Of a DNA stretch of 39,305 bases, positions 17,985 through 26,956 are shown in pieces. The notes under the pieces are model-generated. The model had not been told where the DNA came from and ran no database searches. It was given only the letters and a program-made list of their open reading frames with translations. This stretch comes from a virus. Lineage: Duplodnaviria > Heunggongvirae > Uroviricota > Caudoviricetes. The position numbers were made by a program, and so were the translations under genes. Position 1 is the stretch's first letter. Every line of letters starts with the position of its first letter. The stretch lies in the IMG/VR virus record IMGVR_UViG_2706794689_000009, one strand, 5' to 3'.

Positions 17985-18064
17985 GGTCAGTGGCGGGGGT
18001 CGAACCCGCATACATGATCCACCCGGAGGCAGGCACCGACTTTACCAGTTAAGCGTACACTGAC
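17985..18064 (-). other. tRNA-like element: perfect 7-bp acceptor stem and canonical T-arm; D and anticodon arms do not fold canonically by eye
   Basis: Minus-strand read GTCAGTG-TA-...-GCGGG-TTCGACC-CCCGC-CACTGAC-C: a 7-bp acceptor pairing, U8-A9, and a 5-bp T-stem with TTCGA T-loop. The internal 48 nt gave no clean D or anticodon stem on manual folding. Confidence 0.3.
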
Positions 18065-18104
18065 CGCCTGTTTATTTTATATTCATCCTTTATGCGGAGG
18101 CAAT

Positions 18105-18578
18105 ATGTCATCCATTGATGCAGCTGTCGTTGTTGACGTTACGCGTCTCCAGCGAGTGTTTGCCCGGCTTCAGTTTGTGGGCGGCGGAAAAGACCTGGCC
18201 CGCAGTGTGGCGGCGAGTCTTCTGTCATCGTCAGAAATGGCGTTTGAGCAGGAAAAAGAGCCGGATGGTGAACGCTGGCATGACTGGTCAGATCCTTACC
18301 GTGAGTGGCGTACCCGTAAGGGATACACGCCCGGCAAAATCCTGACGCTGAACGGCGATCTGGCCCGCCGCCTGACCACGGATTATGGCGATACCTGGGC
18401 GCTGATTGGATCAAATGAACCTTATGCAGCCATTCATCAGTGGGGTGGCCTGCCTGGTATGCCACCGGGACCGGCGGCCATTGGCGCACGTCCGTATATG
18501 GGCTTTGATCAGGTGGCAGAACAGGAGATCATGGACGAAATCAGAAAACGCTTTAAAAAGGCCACAGAAACGCCGTAA
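18105..18578 (+). CDS. Virion morphogenesis protein (Mu G-like)
   Basis: 157 aa; position after F. Conserved-looking C-terminal region AIHQWGGLPGMPPGP. Confidence 0.75.
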   Translation: MSSIDAAVVVDVTRLQRVFARLQFVGGGKDLARSVAASLLSSSEMAFEQEKEPDGERWHDWSDPYREWRTRKGYTPGKILTLNGDLARRLTTDYGDTWALIGSNEPYAAIHQWGGLPGMPPGPAAIGARPYMGFDQVAEQEIMDEIRKRFKKATETP

Positions 18579-18755
18579 TGGTTTAAGGTATGCAAACGTA
18601 TTACCTTACCCCCTTCAGGCGCGTGTCGTGATTTTCTAACCTGTATTTAACGGGCTTTAAAATCTGCGTGAAGCGCCTTTCTCATTCCCCCCCTGTCAGC
18701 ACTTTCTGAAGTCCCGCAAAACCAGCCCCAAAAATACCCGGCTTATGCTGCCGGT

Positions 18756-19889
18756 ATGAAGACAGAAAATCACCCAAAAGACGCAAATCGCCCCTCCGGT
18801 TTAGCCGTGCTTTCAGCTTCGCTGACTGCATCCGGCGACGGATGGTGTCAGTTACTGCCAGCCGGTCGGGTAAAGGCCCGTGACGGTCGCCCGGAAAAAC
18901 CGACTGAAGGCTGGCTGATTAACGAATCCGCCTGTAACCGGATGAAAGCCGGGCTTTCCGCCCTGCATCAGCCGTTACTGATTGATTATGACCATCACTC
19001 CGTGAATGCGCAGAAAAACGGATTCAAGGCTATTGCTGCAGGATGGGTTAAGCCGGAAAACATCGAATGGCGTGAGGGTCAGGGGATTTTCATTAAACCT
19101 GAATGGACACCACAGGCACAAAAACATATTGATGACCGTGAATATGCCTATCTGTCTGCATATATGCATTATTTCGCTGACACCGGGGAACCCTACCTGT
19201 TGCGCATGGCTTCCCTGACGAATGATCCGGGTATTACGGGTATGAACCCTGTCGCGGCACTCAGTGCTGATGATCTCTATGTCGTTTCCCCTTCTCAGGA
19301 GCAATCCCCCATGAATGAGCAATTACGCCAGTTGCTGACGGCGCTCGGTCTGACCGTGGCTGACGGTGACGAATTTACACCGGAACTGGGCACGGCGGCG
19401 CTGTCTGCCCTTACCGGGATCAAAACCCGTGCGGATGCGCACGACACCCTGAAAACGCAGGTTGCCAGCCTGTCGGCAGAACTGGAAACCGCAAAAGGCA
19501 CACCAACTGGCGGCACTATTGATCTGACGAAATATGTGCCCGTTGAGACGTATAACGCCCTGCGTACCGAATATGCCGCGCTGTCGGCACAACACGGCAG
19601 CACCACGCTGGAGCAGTTGCTGGATAAGGCCGAGTCCGAAGGACGCATTTTCAAAAGCGAACGCGGATACATGGAAGGACTCGGACAACAGATTGGCGTC
19701 GCGGCACTTTCTGCACAGCTTGACGCCCGCCAGCCGGTTGCGGCTCTGACCACTCTTCAGACCGACACCGTAACCGTGCCGGATAAAAAGACCGCCACCG
19801 CTGTGCTGTCGGCTGAAGATATCGCCGCCGCACGTCTGTTGGGTAAAACCGAAGCCGAGTTCCTGAAAATGAAAGAGGAAATGCAATAA
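18756..19889 (+). CDS. Head protease/scaffold protein (Mu I-like)
   Basis: 377 aa. N-terminal protease-like region and a C-terminal Ala/Leu-rich scaffold-like region. Immediately precedes the major capsid gene. Confidence 0.75.
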   Translation: MKTENHPKDANRPSGLAVLSASLTASGDGWCQLLPAGRVKARDGRPEKPTEGWLINESACNRMKAGLSALHQPLLIDYDHHSVNAQKNGFKAIAAGWVKPENIEWREGQGIFIKPEWTPQAQKHIDDREYAYLSAYMHYFADTGEPYLLRMASLTNDPGITGMNPVAALSADDLYVVSPSQEQSPMNEQLRQLLTALGLTVADGDEFTPELGTAALSALTGIKTRADAHDTLKTQVASLSAELETAKGTPTGGTIDLTKYVPVETYNALRTEYAALSAQHGSTTLEQLLDKAESEGRIFKSERGYMEGLGQQIGVAALSAQLDARQPVAALTTLQTDTVTVPDKKTATAVLSAEDIAAARLLGKTEAEFLKMKEEMQ

Positions 19890-20836
19890 TGCCTACCCCG
19901 ATTACACCGGCGATGATCACCGCCCTGATGACGGGCTACCGTTCTGATTTTCAGGCCGGGATGTCCATGGCTCCGTCGCAGTACCAGAAAATTGCGATGA
20001 CCGTGCCGTCCACCTCGAAATCCAACACCTACGGCTGGCTGGGGCAGTTCCCGCAGTTCCGTGAGTGGATCGGCTCCCGCGTCATCGAGAAGATGAAAGC
20101 CTATGGCTACGCCATCGTGAACAAAACCTTTGAAGGCACCGTTGCCATTAGCCGCGATGACTTTGAAGACGACAATCTCGGCATCTACTCCCCGTTATTC
20201 CAGGAAATGGGTCGTGCCGCTGCGGCACAACCGGATGAACTGGTCTTTGCTGCACTGCGTGATGGTCTGAATGCGGCCTGCTATGACGGCCAGAACTTCT
20301 TTGATACCGAACACCCTGTTTACCCCAAAGTGGATGGCTCCGGTGATGCACAGATGGTCAGCAATATGTTTGTGGCAAAAACCGGCTCTGTCGGTGCACA
20401 GGCGGATTACAGCGGCCCGGCCTGGTATCTGCTTGACTGCTCCCGCGCGGTAAAACCGCTGATTTATCAGGATCGCCGCAAAGCCGAACTGGTTGCCCAG
20501 ACAAAAGTCGATGAAGGCCGTGCGTTTACTGATAACGAGTTTGTGTTCGGTGCTTCCGCCCGTCGCAATGTGGGCTACGGCTTCTGGCAGATGGCCTACA
20601 TGATGCAGTCACCGCTGACGCTGGATGCGCTGTGGCACGGCTGGTCAGCCATGCGTGACTTTAAGGCTGACGGTGGCCGCAAACTCGGCATCAAACCCAC
20701 CCATATTGTTGTCCCCACCTCGCTGGAAAAACAGGCGGTGCAGCTGCTGGAGCGCGAGCTGTTCGCAGACGGTAACGCCACAGTCTCTAACGAGATGAAG
20801 GGCAAGCTGGAGCTGGTTGTCGCGGATTATCTGTAA
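19889..20836 (+). CDS. Major head subunit (Mu T-like)
   Basis: 315 aa. Start overlaps the upstream stop. Position and size match Mu T. Confidence 0.8.
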   Translation: MPTPITPAMITALMTGYRSDFQAGMSMAPSQYQKIAMTVPSTSKSNTYGWLGQFPQFREWIGSRVIEKMKAYGYAIVNKTFEGTVAISRDDFEDDNLGIYSPLFQEMGRAAAAQPDELVFAALRDGLNAACYDGQNFFDTEHPVYPKVDGSGDAQMVSNMFVAKTGSVGAQADYSGPAWYLLDCSRAVKPLIYQDRRKAELVAQTKVDEGRAFTDNEFVFGASARRNVGYGFWQMAYMMQSPLTLDALWHGWSAMRDFKADGGRKLGIKPTHIVVPTSLEKQAVQLLERELFADGNATVSNEMKGKLELVVADYL

Positions 20837-20879
20837 ACGGTGAGCCGGGCTTACGGCCCGGCCCCTGCGGAGGGCAAAT

Positions 20880-21239
20880 ATGAATGAACATCACACTGTG
20901 GCAGCAACAGATGATTCAGGCCTTCAGGTCAGTGGTGACAGTCCTGTCACGGTACTGGCAGAAGTGCGTTGCAGTCGTACGCATTTTCGTCGTGCGGGGT
21001 TCCTGTTCATGCGGGGACGCCAGCAGGTTGACGTCACCCCGGAGCAGCTTGCCCGACTGGAAGCGGAGCCATGCCTCACTGTACGAATACTACAGACGCC
21101 TGGTGATGATGCGGGAGCCGTGGCGGGTGTGGTTCATGCAGAGACCGGTGCAGATTTAGCCGAAGCCGAAACCGTACAGGATGCTCCCCGGAAAAAGACC
21201 GGCAATAACGCCAGACAGGCGAAAAAGGCGCGCGCATGA
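20880..21239 (+). CDS. Hypothetical head-region protein
   Basis: 119-aa ORF with a GGAGGG ribosome-binding site. Its stop overlaps the ATG of the next gene in an ATGA coupling, which supports this frame over the alternative 20884-21159. Confidence 0.5.
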   Translation: MNEHHTVAATDDSGLQVSGDSPVTVLAEVRCSRTHFRRAGFLFMRGRQQVDVTPEQLARLEAEPCLTVRILQTPGDDAGAVAGVVHAETGADLAEAETVQDAPRKKTGNNARQAKKARA

Positions 21240-21655
21240 ATTACGCCACCGAAACCGATATGCGGGCACGTTACCGCGAGGATTTGCTCAGGCCATTACT
21301 GGCCGTGCCCCGTTCGGATGAACCGGACACGCGCAAGCTGAACCGGGCACTGACGGACGCGTCTGCCCTTATCGACAGCTATCTGTCTTCCCGTTACACG
21401 CTGCCGCTGGCGGTGGTTCCGGCGGTCCTTGTTCAGCATTGCTGCACGATTGCCTTTTATTACCTGTGCGATCAGCGGGCATCCGATCAGGCGCGTGACC
21501 GTTACCGTGAGGCGCTGGCCTGGCTGAAAGATGTCATGAACGGTAACGTGCCGGTCGGCGTGGATACAGACGGTGCGGCCCCTGAATCCGGGGATTTACC
21601 GCAGGTGCAGTCTGATGCGGCGGTGTTCGGGCGCAACCAGAAGGGCTTTATATGA
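21236..21655 (+). CDS. Mu gp36-like head-tail joining protein
   Basis: 139 aa; position and size in the Mu-type head-tail connector block. Confidence 0.6.
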   Translation: MNYATETDMRARYREDLLRPLLAVPRSDEPDTRKLNRALTDASALIDSYLSSRYTLPLAVVPAVLVQHCCTIAFYYLCDQRASDQARDRYREALAWLKDVMNGNVPVGVDTDGAAPESGDLPQVQSDAAVFGRNQKGFI

Positions 21656-22215
21656 TTACGGAAACCGAGCAGGCGTACATCGCCCGTATCCGTGAGTATT
21701 TCGGGAATGAACTGGTGTCTGTTGACACACATCCCGGCGACTGGAGCGACAGCGTACTGCGCACCATGCTGATTAACGCCCCGGCTATCTATGTTGCCTG
21801 GCTGGGTGCCGGTGAAGGGCGTACCCGTGGGCGTCTGGTCAGTCACTGGGTGTTCTACGTCATCGGCGACATGCTCAATGGCCGTGAGGTCAGCCGTCCC
21901 GGGCTTTATCAGATTGTGGCCCGCCTGATTACCGTGCTGGACGGCTTCAGAGCAGAAAAAACCTCACCGCTTTACTTTGAAAAGGCGGTCAACGGTTACA
22001 CCGAAACGCAGGCAGGCAGCGGTGCCGTGATGTACGCCCTGTATTTCTCATGCGAGGAAATGATCGACCCGCTGACGGATATCAGCTCGCTGGATGATTT
22101 CCTGCGCCATTACGAAACCTTTACCGAACCGGAAGGCACGCCGGAATTTAAGGCACACATCCGTCTGCCTGGTGCAACTGCCGCCGGTGAAAACGCCGGA
22201 CTGTCAGAGGAATAA
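21652..22215 (+). CDS. Mu gp37-like protein
   Basis: 187 aa; coupled to neighbours. Confidence 0.6.
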   Translation: MITETEQAYIARIREYFGNELVSVDTHPGDWSDSVLRTMLINAPAIYVAWLGAGEGRTRGRLVSHWVFYVIGDMLNGREVSRPGLYQIVARLITVLDGFRAEKTSPLYFEKAVNGYTETQAGSGAVMYALYFSCEEMIDPLTDISSLDDFLRHYETFTEPEGTPEFKAHIRLPGATAAGENAGLSEE

Positions 22216-22218
22216 CAG

Positions 22219-22497
22219 ATGACAACCATTTTTATTAAACCTGCGCCGGGATGCCTGATCCGCGATCCCGACACGATGACTCCGCTCTCTCAGGACGGGG
22301 AAGAGAAACCCTTCACTCCGTTCTGGTGCCGCCGTCTTAATGATGGCGACGTCATTGTGGTGGATAAAACGGCGGAGCCTGCCCCGGCTGCCACAACTGC
22401 TAATACCGGCGCGGCGGCAAAACCAGCGGGAGCGGTAGCAGAAAAAACTGCGGCGGTGGCTGAAAAAACCGCAGCATCAGATAAGGGGACGTCCTGA
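22219..22497 (+). CDS. Mu gp38-like small protein with Ala/Thr-rich tail
   Basis: 92 aa, immediately upstream of the sheath gene. Confidence 0.55.
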   Translation: MTTIFIKPAPGCLIRDPDTMTPLSQDGEEKPFTPFWCRRLNDGDVIVVDKTAEPAPAATTANTGAAAKPAGAVAEKTAAVAEKTAASDKGTS

Positions 22498-23999
22498 TGA
22501 TTAACTTTGATTATATCGGCGATAACAATCGCATTCCGCTGGTACAGATTGAAATCAATAATTCAATGGCCGTGACCGGCACTCCACCACAGCGTCAGGC
22601 GGTACTGTTGTTTGGTCAGGCTGCAATGAAAGACACTACCATTCAGGGGCGCGGTCAGCTTGATGTACCAGTACGTATTACCCGAGCTTCACAAGCAAGA
22701 GAACTCTGGGGGCGAGGTTCCATGATTGCACTGATGGTAGAGGAATTTATCGCCATTAACCCTGACACAGAGTTATATGCCATTGCACAGGGGGCTGGAA
22801 CAGGTCAGTCCAGGGCATGCGTGATGAATATCATTGGAACAGCATTGGCAGACGGGGTGTTAAGTGTTTACATCGGCGGTCGCCGTTACCTCCTGCCCGT
22901 CAGTAAGGGGAAAAAAGGTAAAGAGCTTGTGGAAGAGCTGGCTAAGGTCATTAACGCTGACACTGATGCGCCATTCACTGCTATCGCAGCTGAAGTCAGT
23001 GGTGATAATGCTGAAGGACTTAAAGGCAGCATGGGGGTTAACGCCCGCTTTATCGGTGAATGCTCAGCTCATGATTTACGGGTGAACTATTATGACGGTG
23101 AAACTACACCGGCCGGTCTTACGCTGGAGCTCGTCGCGCCAACACAGAAGGCAACAAACCCCGATATCACCCGTAGCGTCTCAGGGATGGGGAATCGTCA
23201 GTACAACTACATCGTCATGCCCTATAAGGATGCGGCAAATCTCAAAATTCTGGCGGATGAACTGCTGAAACGCTGGGGACCGGTAAAAATGTCGGACGGT
23301 ATGGTCTGGATGGCGCATACCGGCACCTTCGGTACGGCAACCAGTTTTGGTGAATCCCGTAATGACTTCCTGTTTACCTGCACTTCTATTCCTAAAGCAC
23401 CAGAGCCGGATTATGTCTGGGCTGCCTCCATTTGTGCGGTCTGTGCGCCCTCCCTGTCAACGGATCCGGCCCGACCATTACAGACACTGGCGCTGCCTGC
23501 CCGTATGGCACCTGAAGCACCGGATCGTCTGACGCGGGAAGAGCGAAACAGCCTGCTTTATACCGGCATGTCCACGGTGACCGTCGCGGCCGCGGATGTG
23601 GTGCAGATTGAACGTCAGGTGACGATGTACCGTCAGAATGCATACGGCGAAATCGATCCCAGCTATCTGGATGTGGAAACCATCTACACCCTGTCATATC
23701 TGCGTTATTCCCTGCGCACCTTTATCACGCAGCGTTTTCCGCGCCATAAACTGGCTGATGACGGGACGCCCGTTCGTGCCGGTCAGAATATCGTGACACC
23801 GGAGATCATGAAACTTCAGTTAATTTCGCTGGGGGAAGAATGGGTGGATCTGGGACTGGTCGAAAATCTGGACACCTTTAAAAAGAATCTGCTCGTGGAG
23901 CGCAACACAAAAGACCGTAACCGTCTGGATGTGATGTGTACACCGGATCTGGTTAACCAGTTCCGCTTCATGGCCGCGCAGATCCGTTTCATTTTGTGA
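22497..23999 (+). CDS. Contractile tail sheath protein (Mu L-like)
   Basis: 500 aa, followed by a 121-aa tube gene: the canonical sheath-tube pair. Confidence 0.85.
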   Translation: MINFDYIGDNNRIPLVQIEINNSMAVTGTPPQRQAVLLFGQAAMKDTTIQGRGQLDVPVRITRASQARELWGRGSMIALMVEEFIAINPDTELYAIAQGAGTGQSRACVMNIIGTALADGVLSVYIGGRRYLLPVSKGKKGKELVEELAKVINADTDAPFTAIAAEVSGDNAEGLKGSMGVNARFIGECSAHDLRVNYYDGETTPAGLTLELVAPTQKATNPDITRSVSGMGNRQYNYIVMPYKDAANLKILADELLKRWGPVKMSDGMVWMAHTGTFGTATSFGESRNDFLFTCTSIPKAPEPDYVWAASICAVCAPSLSTDPARPLQTLALPARMAPEAPDRLTREERNSLLYTGMSTVTVAAADVVQIERQVTMYRQNAYGEIDPSYLDVETIYTLSYLRYSLRTFITQRFPRHKLADDGTPVRAGQNIVTPEIMKLQLISLGEEWVDLGLVENLDTFKKNLLVERNTKDRNRLDVMCTPDLVNQFRFMAAQIRFIL

Positions 24000-24007
24000 G
24001 GTAAGGC

Positions 24008-24373
24008 ATGAGCGGAAAACAGTATCAGGGCACGGCCACCATCCGTGTGAACGGGCAGGAGTACGACACCCTTGAGGGGGCCACGTTCTCCCCGTCCGGC
24101 TTTGAGCGTGAAGTGGTGAAAGGCGCGAAAGTTTACGGCTATCGCGAGAAACCCCGTGAGGCGACGCTGGACTGTAAATTCCCGGCGGGCGGAGAAGGTT
24201 CACCGGCTGCCGATGAAATCAACACCTGGACTGCGGTCACGATTGAGTTCGTGGCCGATACCGGTGAAGTCCACATGATGACGAAGGCCTGGAGCAGTGA
24301 ACCGGCCTCGCTTGACGGTGGTGGTGATATCTCCGCGAAGTTCGCCAGCGCCACCAGTACCCGTGTCCAGTAA
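24008..24373 (+). CDS. Tail tube protein (Mu M-like)
   Basis: 121 aa directly after the sheath. Confidence 0.8.
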   Translation: MSGKQYQGTATIRVNGQEYDTLEGATFSPSGFEREVVKGAKVYGYREKPREATLDCKFPAGGEGSPAADEINTWTAVTIEFVADTGEVHMMTKAWSSEPASLDGGGDISAKFASATSTRVQ

Positions 24374-24387
24374 TCAGGAAAAATGTA

Positions 24388-24771
24388 ATGAGCACACGTA
24401 AGAAAAAAACGGCGGTTTCTGACGAGGCCGTGATGGAGGCTATCCGGGATGCACTTGAAGACGGCGTCACCTTCCGCGAACTGACGGCAAAAGACAGCAT
24501 TGATGCGGAGAGCGAGGCCGAGCGTCTTATGGAAACCCGAAACGGTCCGGTTCTTGTGGCCTCACCGGCACTGCGCGGCATTGCGCTGCTGCGCCGTCAG
24601 ATTGCCGCTGTCGGCCAGATTGAGGGGCCATTGTCTCCGCGTCAGATAGGACAGCTCAGCGAGCGCGATCTCTCCCGACTGATGGCGGCAGTAAGCCTGC
24701 TTGATTCCGCGATGGCCGGAAAGCTGGTCGCTGAACGGGGGCGACCAGATGCAGTGCCGGGATCAGATTGA
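24388..24771 (+). CDS. Tail assembly chaperone-like protein
   Basis: 127 aa between tube and tape measure, the usual chaperone position. An overlapping ORF 24701-24895 in another frame could be a frameshift extension; no slippery site identified. Confidence 0.55.
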   Translation: MSTRKKKTAVSDEAVMEAIRDALEDGVTFRELTAKDSIDAESEAERLMETRNGPVLVASPALRGIALLRRQIAAVGQIEGPLSPRQIGQLSERDLSRLMAAVSLLDSAMAGKLVAERGRPDAVPGSD

Positions 24772-24898
24772 AGAAGCCGCAATTGTGCTGGGGATGGTGA
24801 CAAAAAGCGGCCCGGAGTGGGCGCTTAACCTCCCCTTATCGCAGCTTTACCGGCACTGCCGACAGACCGAAAAAATTCTCAGAACGAAGCAGTAACCC

Positions 24899-26956
24899 AT
24901 GGCAAAAAACCTGAAAGCCTCCCTGATTGTCGATTTACTCGGCAATATTTCTGCCAAATCCCGCCAGTGGTCACAGGAGCTGGGGGCATTCTCCCGTTCC
25001 GGCAGGACGGGGCTGGGTGGTCTTGGAAATGCAGCACGTCGTGCCGGTCAGGAGACAGAACTTGTCGGCTCCCGTATGCAGCGAACGCTTGCCGGTGTTC
25101 GTGGCAGTATCCGCACGGTGACGTCAGATTTTGACCGCCTTCAGGGCAGCATTACCGGCACCATCGGGCGGATAAGCAACCTTTACGGGATGCTGGCGGG
25201 AGGGGCTGCGGTCTACGGGTTTAATAAAGCCTTTATCCGCCCGGCCGCAGAGATGGAGAACTATATTCTGCGTCTCAACGCCATTAATCATGGCGATACG
25301 GCAAAAACGGAAGCAGTGAAAGCCTGGGCGGTACAGAACGCCAAAGACACCACCTGGGGGCTGGCGGGGGTTATGCAGGAATACGCCTCCAGTCGCGGGT
25401 TCGGTATGAGTGACAGGGAAGCCCGTCGCTTTATTACCATGCTTCAGGATCAGGGCGGCTATCACGGCTGGTCACTGTCAGATGCACAGGGTGCGTCCCT
25501 GCAACTCAAACAGATGTTTGCCCGCCAGAGTATCCAGGCAGCGGACGCCAATATTCTGACCGGATACGGGATTAACGTTTACCAGTTGCTGGCCGATAAG
25601 CTGGGTGTAAACCAGAAGATCATCCGTGAGAAAGGCGAGAAAGGAAAACTGGGACCGGACAGCATTCGCCTGTTATTTCAGGTGATGGCCGAACAGGCAA
25701 AAGGTGCCCAGAAAAACGCCATGAATTCCTGGACGGGAATGACGTCCATGATGGGCGATGTCTGGGACGGATTTGCCCGCGAGGTGATGGCAAAGGGACC
25801 GTTTGACAGCCTGAAAAAGAGCCTGAAAGGCTTTCTGGATTATGCTGATGCGGCACAGAAAAGCGGCTTACAGGATAAGCTGGCCACACAGACGGCCTCA
25901 GCCCTGAATCAGGGATTTGAGTATGCCAGAGACGCTGCGACCGGCTTTTACCGGGTCATTCAGAAAGTCAGGGAAACGCTTCAGGCACTGCGCGACGCCG
26001 GTTATGGCGATGCGCTGGATCGCATTGGTCAGGGTGCGCAGACCGCCGCAAAGTACCTGATGTATATGTATCTCGCCTCCCGTGCGCTGAAGGTGCTCAG
26101 GTTTGCGGGGACGGGGGCATTACGTCTCGGCGCAACCCCCTTACGCTATGGCATGGCGATGACCTCCGTGCTGACGTCGCCCTTCCGCAAACCGCAGACC
26201 ACTGTACCGGGAACGCAGCCCGGACGCGCTGGCCGGTTCCTGAATTTCCTTACCGGGGTAAATCCGGCTGCCGTTCAGCCCGTGCTGGTCACCAATTGGC
26301 CTGCGGGTGGCCTGGCCTCAGGTGGCGGGGATGTGGTGGTCAGCGGTGACGGCAAAACCGTGCGCGGCCGTAAAAAACGCGGCCCCGGACGTGGACGGGG
26401 TGTCACGACCGTCGTGACTGCCGGTGAGCAACTGGCGGAGAGTGCCGGTAAACAGGGCTTCTTCGGTCGTATGATGAGCCGTGCCGGTGGTCTGCTAACG
26501 GCGGCCGGAAACCGCATGGGGCTGGGGCGTTTTGCCGGGCTGTTCCGTGGTGCCGGTCGGCTGGGTGGTGGTGCCCTGTGGGCCGGTGCCATGGCGGCTC
26601 CTGTACTGCTGGACAGCAGCGCCAGTGCAGCCGATAAAGCCGGTGCCGTGGGTTCCCTTGCCGGAAGTATCGCCGGTGGCGCGCTGGGGGCGGCTGCCGG
26701 TCCGGTCGGGGTTGCCATTGGTTCCACGGTGGGCAGCTATCTCGGTGATTATCTGGGGGGCTGGCTGACGCAGGCCTGGCAGAAACTGCGTGGCGGCAGT
26801 GACGAAAACGGCGGACAGGCCACCGCGAAAACCGCCGCACGGGTGGAGCTTGTTGCCCCTGAAGGCTGGCGGGCGCGCAGTATTGATGTGGATGATACCG
26901 CACAGCATGGCCTGGATGTGAACGTCTGGAACGGAGGGAACTATGGCCTCTACTGA
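24899..26956 (+). CDS. Tail tape measure protein
   Basis: 685 aa with helical N-terminal half and Gly/Ala-rich C-terminal region. Located after the chaperone. Confidence 0.85.
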   Translation: MAKNLKASLIVDLLGNISAKSRQWSQELGAFSRSGRTGLGGLGNAARRAGQETELVGSRMQRTLAGVRGSIRTVTSDFDRLQGSITGTIGRISNLYGMLAGGAAVYGFNKAFIRPAAEMENYILRLNAINHGDTAKTEAVKAWAVQNAKDTTWGLAGVMQEYASSRGFGMSDREARRFITMLQDQGGYHGWSLSDAQGASLQLKQMFARQSIQAADANILTGYGINVYQLLADKLGVNQKIIREKGEKGKLGPDSIRLLFQVMAEQAKGAQKNAMNSWTGMTSMMGDVWDGFAREVMAKGPFDSLKKSLKGFLDYADAAQKSGLQDKLATQTASALNQGFEYARDAATGFYRVIQKVRETLQALRDAGYGDALDRIGQGAQTAAKYLMYMYLASRALKVLRFAGTGALRLGATPLRYGMAMTSVLTSPFRKPQTTVPGTQPGRAGRFLNFLTGVNPAAVQPVLVTNWPAGGLASGGGDVVVSGDGKTVRGRKKRGPGRGRGVTTVVTAGEQLAESAGKQGFFGRMMSRAGGLLTAAGNRMGLGRFAGLFRGAGRLGGGALWAGAMAAPVLLDSSASAADKAGAVGSLAGSIAGGALGAAAGPVGVAIGSTVGSYLGDYLGGWLTQAWQKLRGGSDENGGQATAKTAARVELVAPEGWRARSIDVDDTAQHGLDVNVWNGGNYGLY

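Noticed and set aside
20836-20880. GC-rich hairpin CCGGGC-ttacg-GCCCGG after the major capsid gene as a terminator
   Set aside because: No U-tract follows it and the late operon clearly continues. More likely an mRNA stability element or coincidence.
20884-21159. Alternative-frame 91-aa ORF between the major capsid gene and the gp36-like gene
   Set aside because: The overlapping frame 20880-21239 has a GGAGGG ribosome-binding site and an ATGA stop/start coupling with the next gene, so it was preferred. Both cannot be excluded without proteomics.
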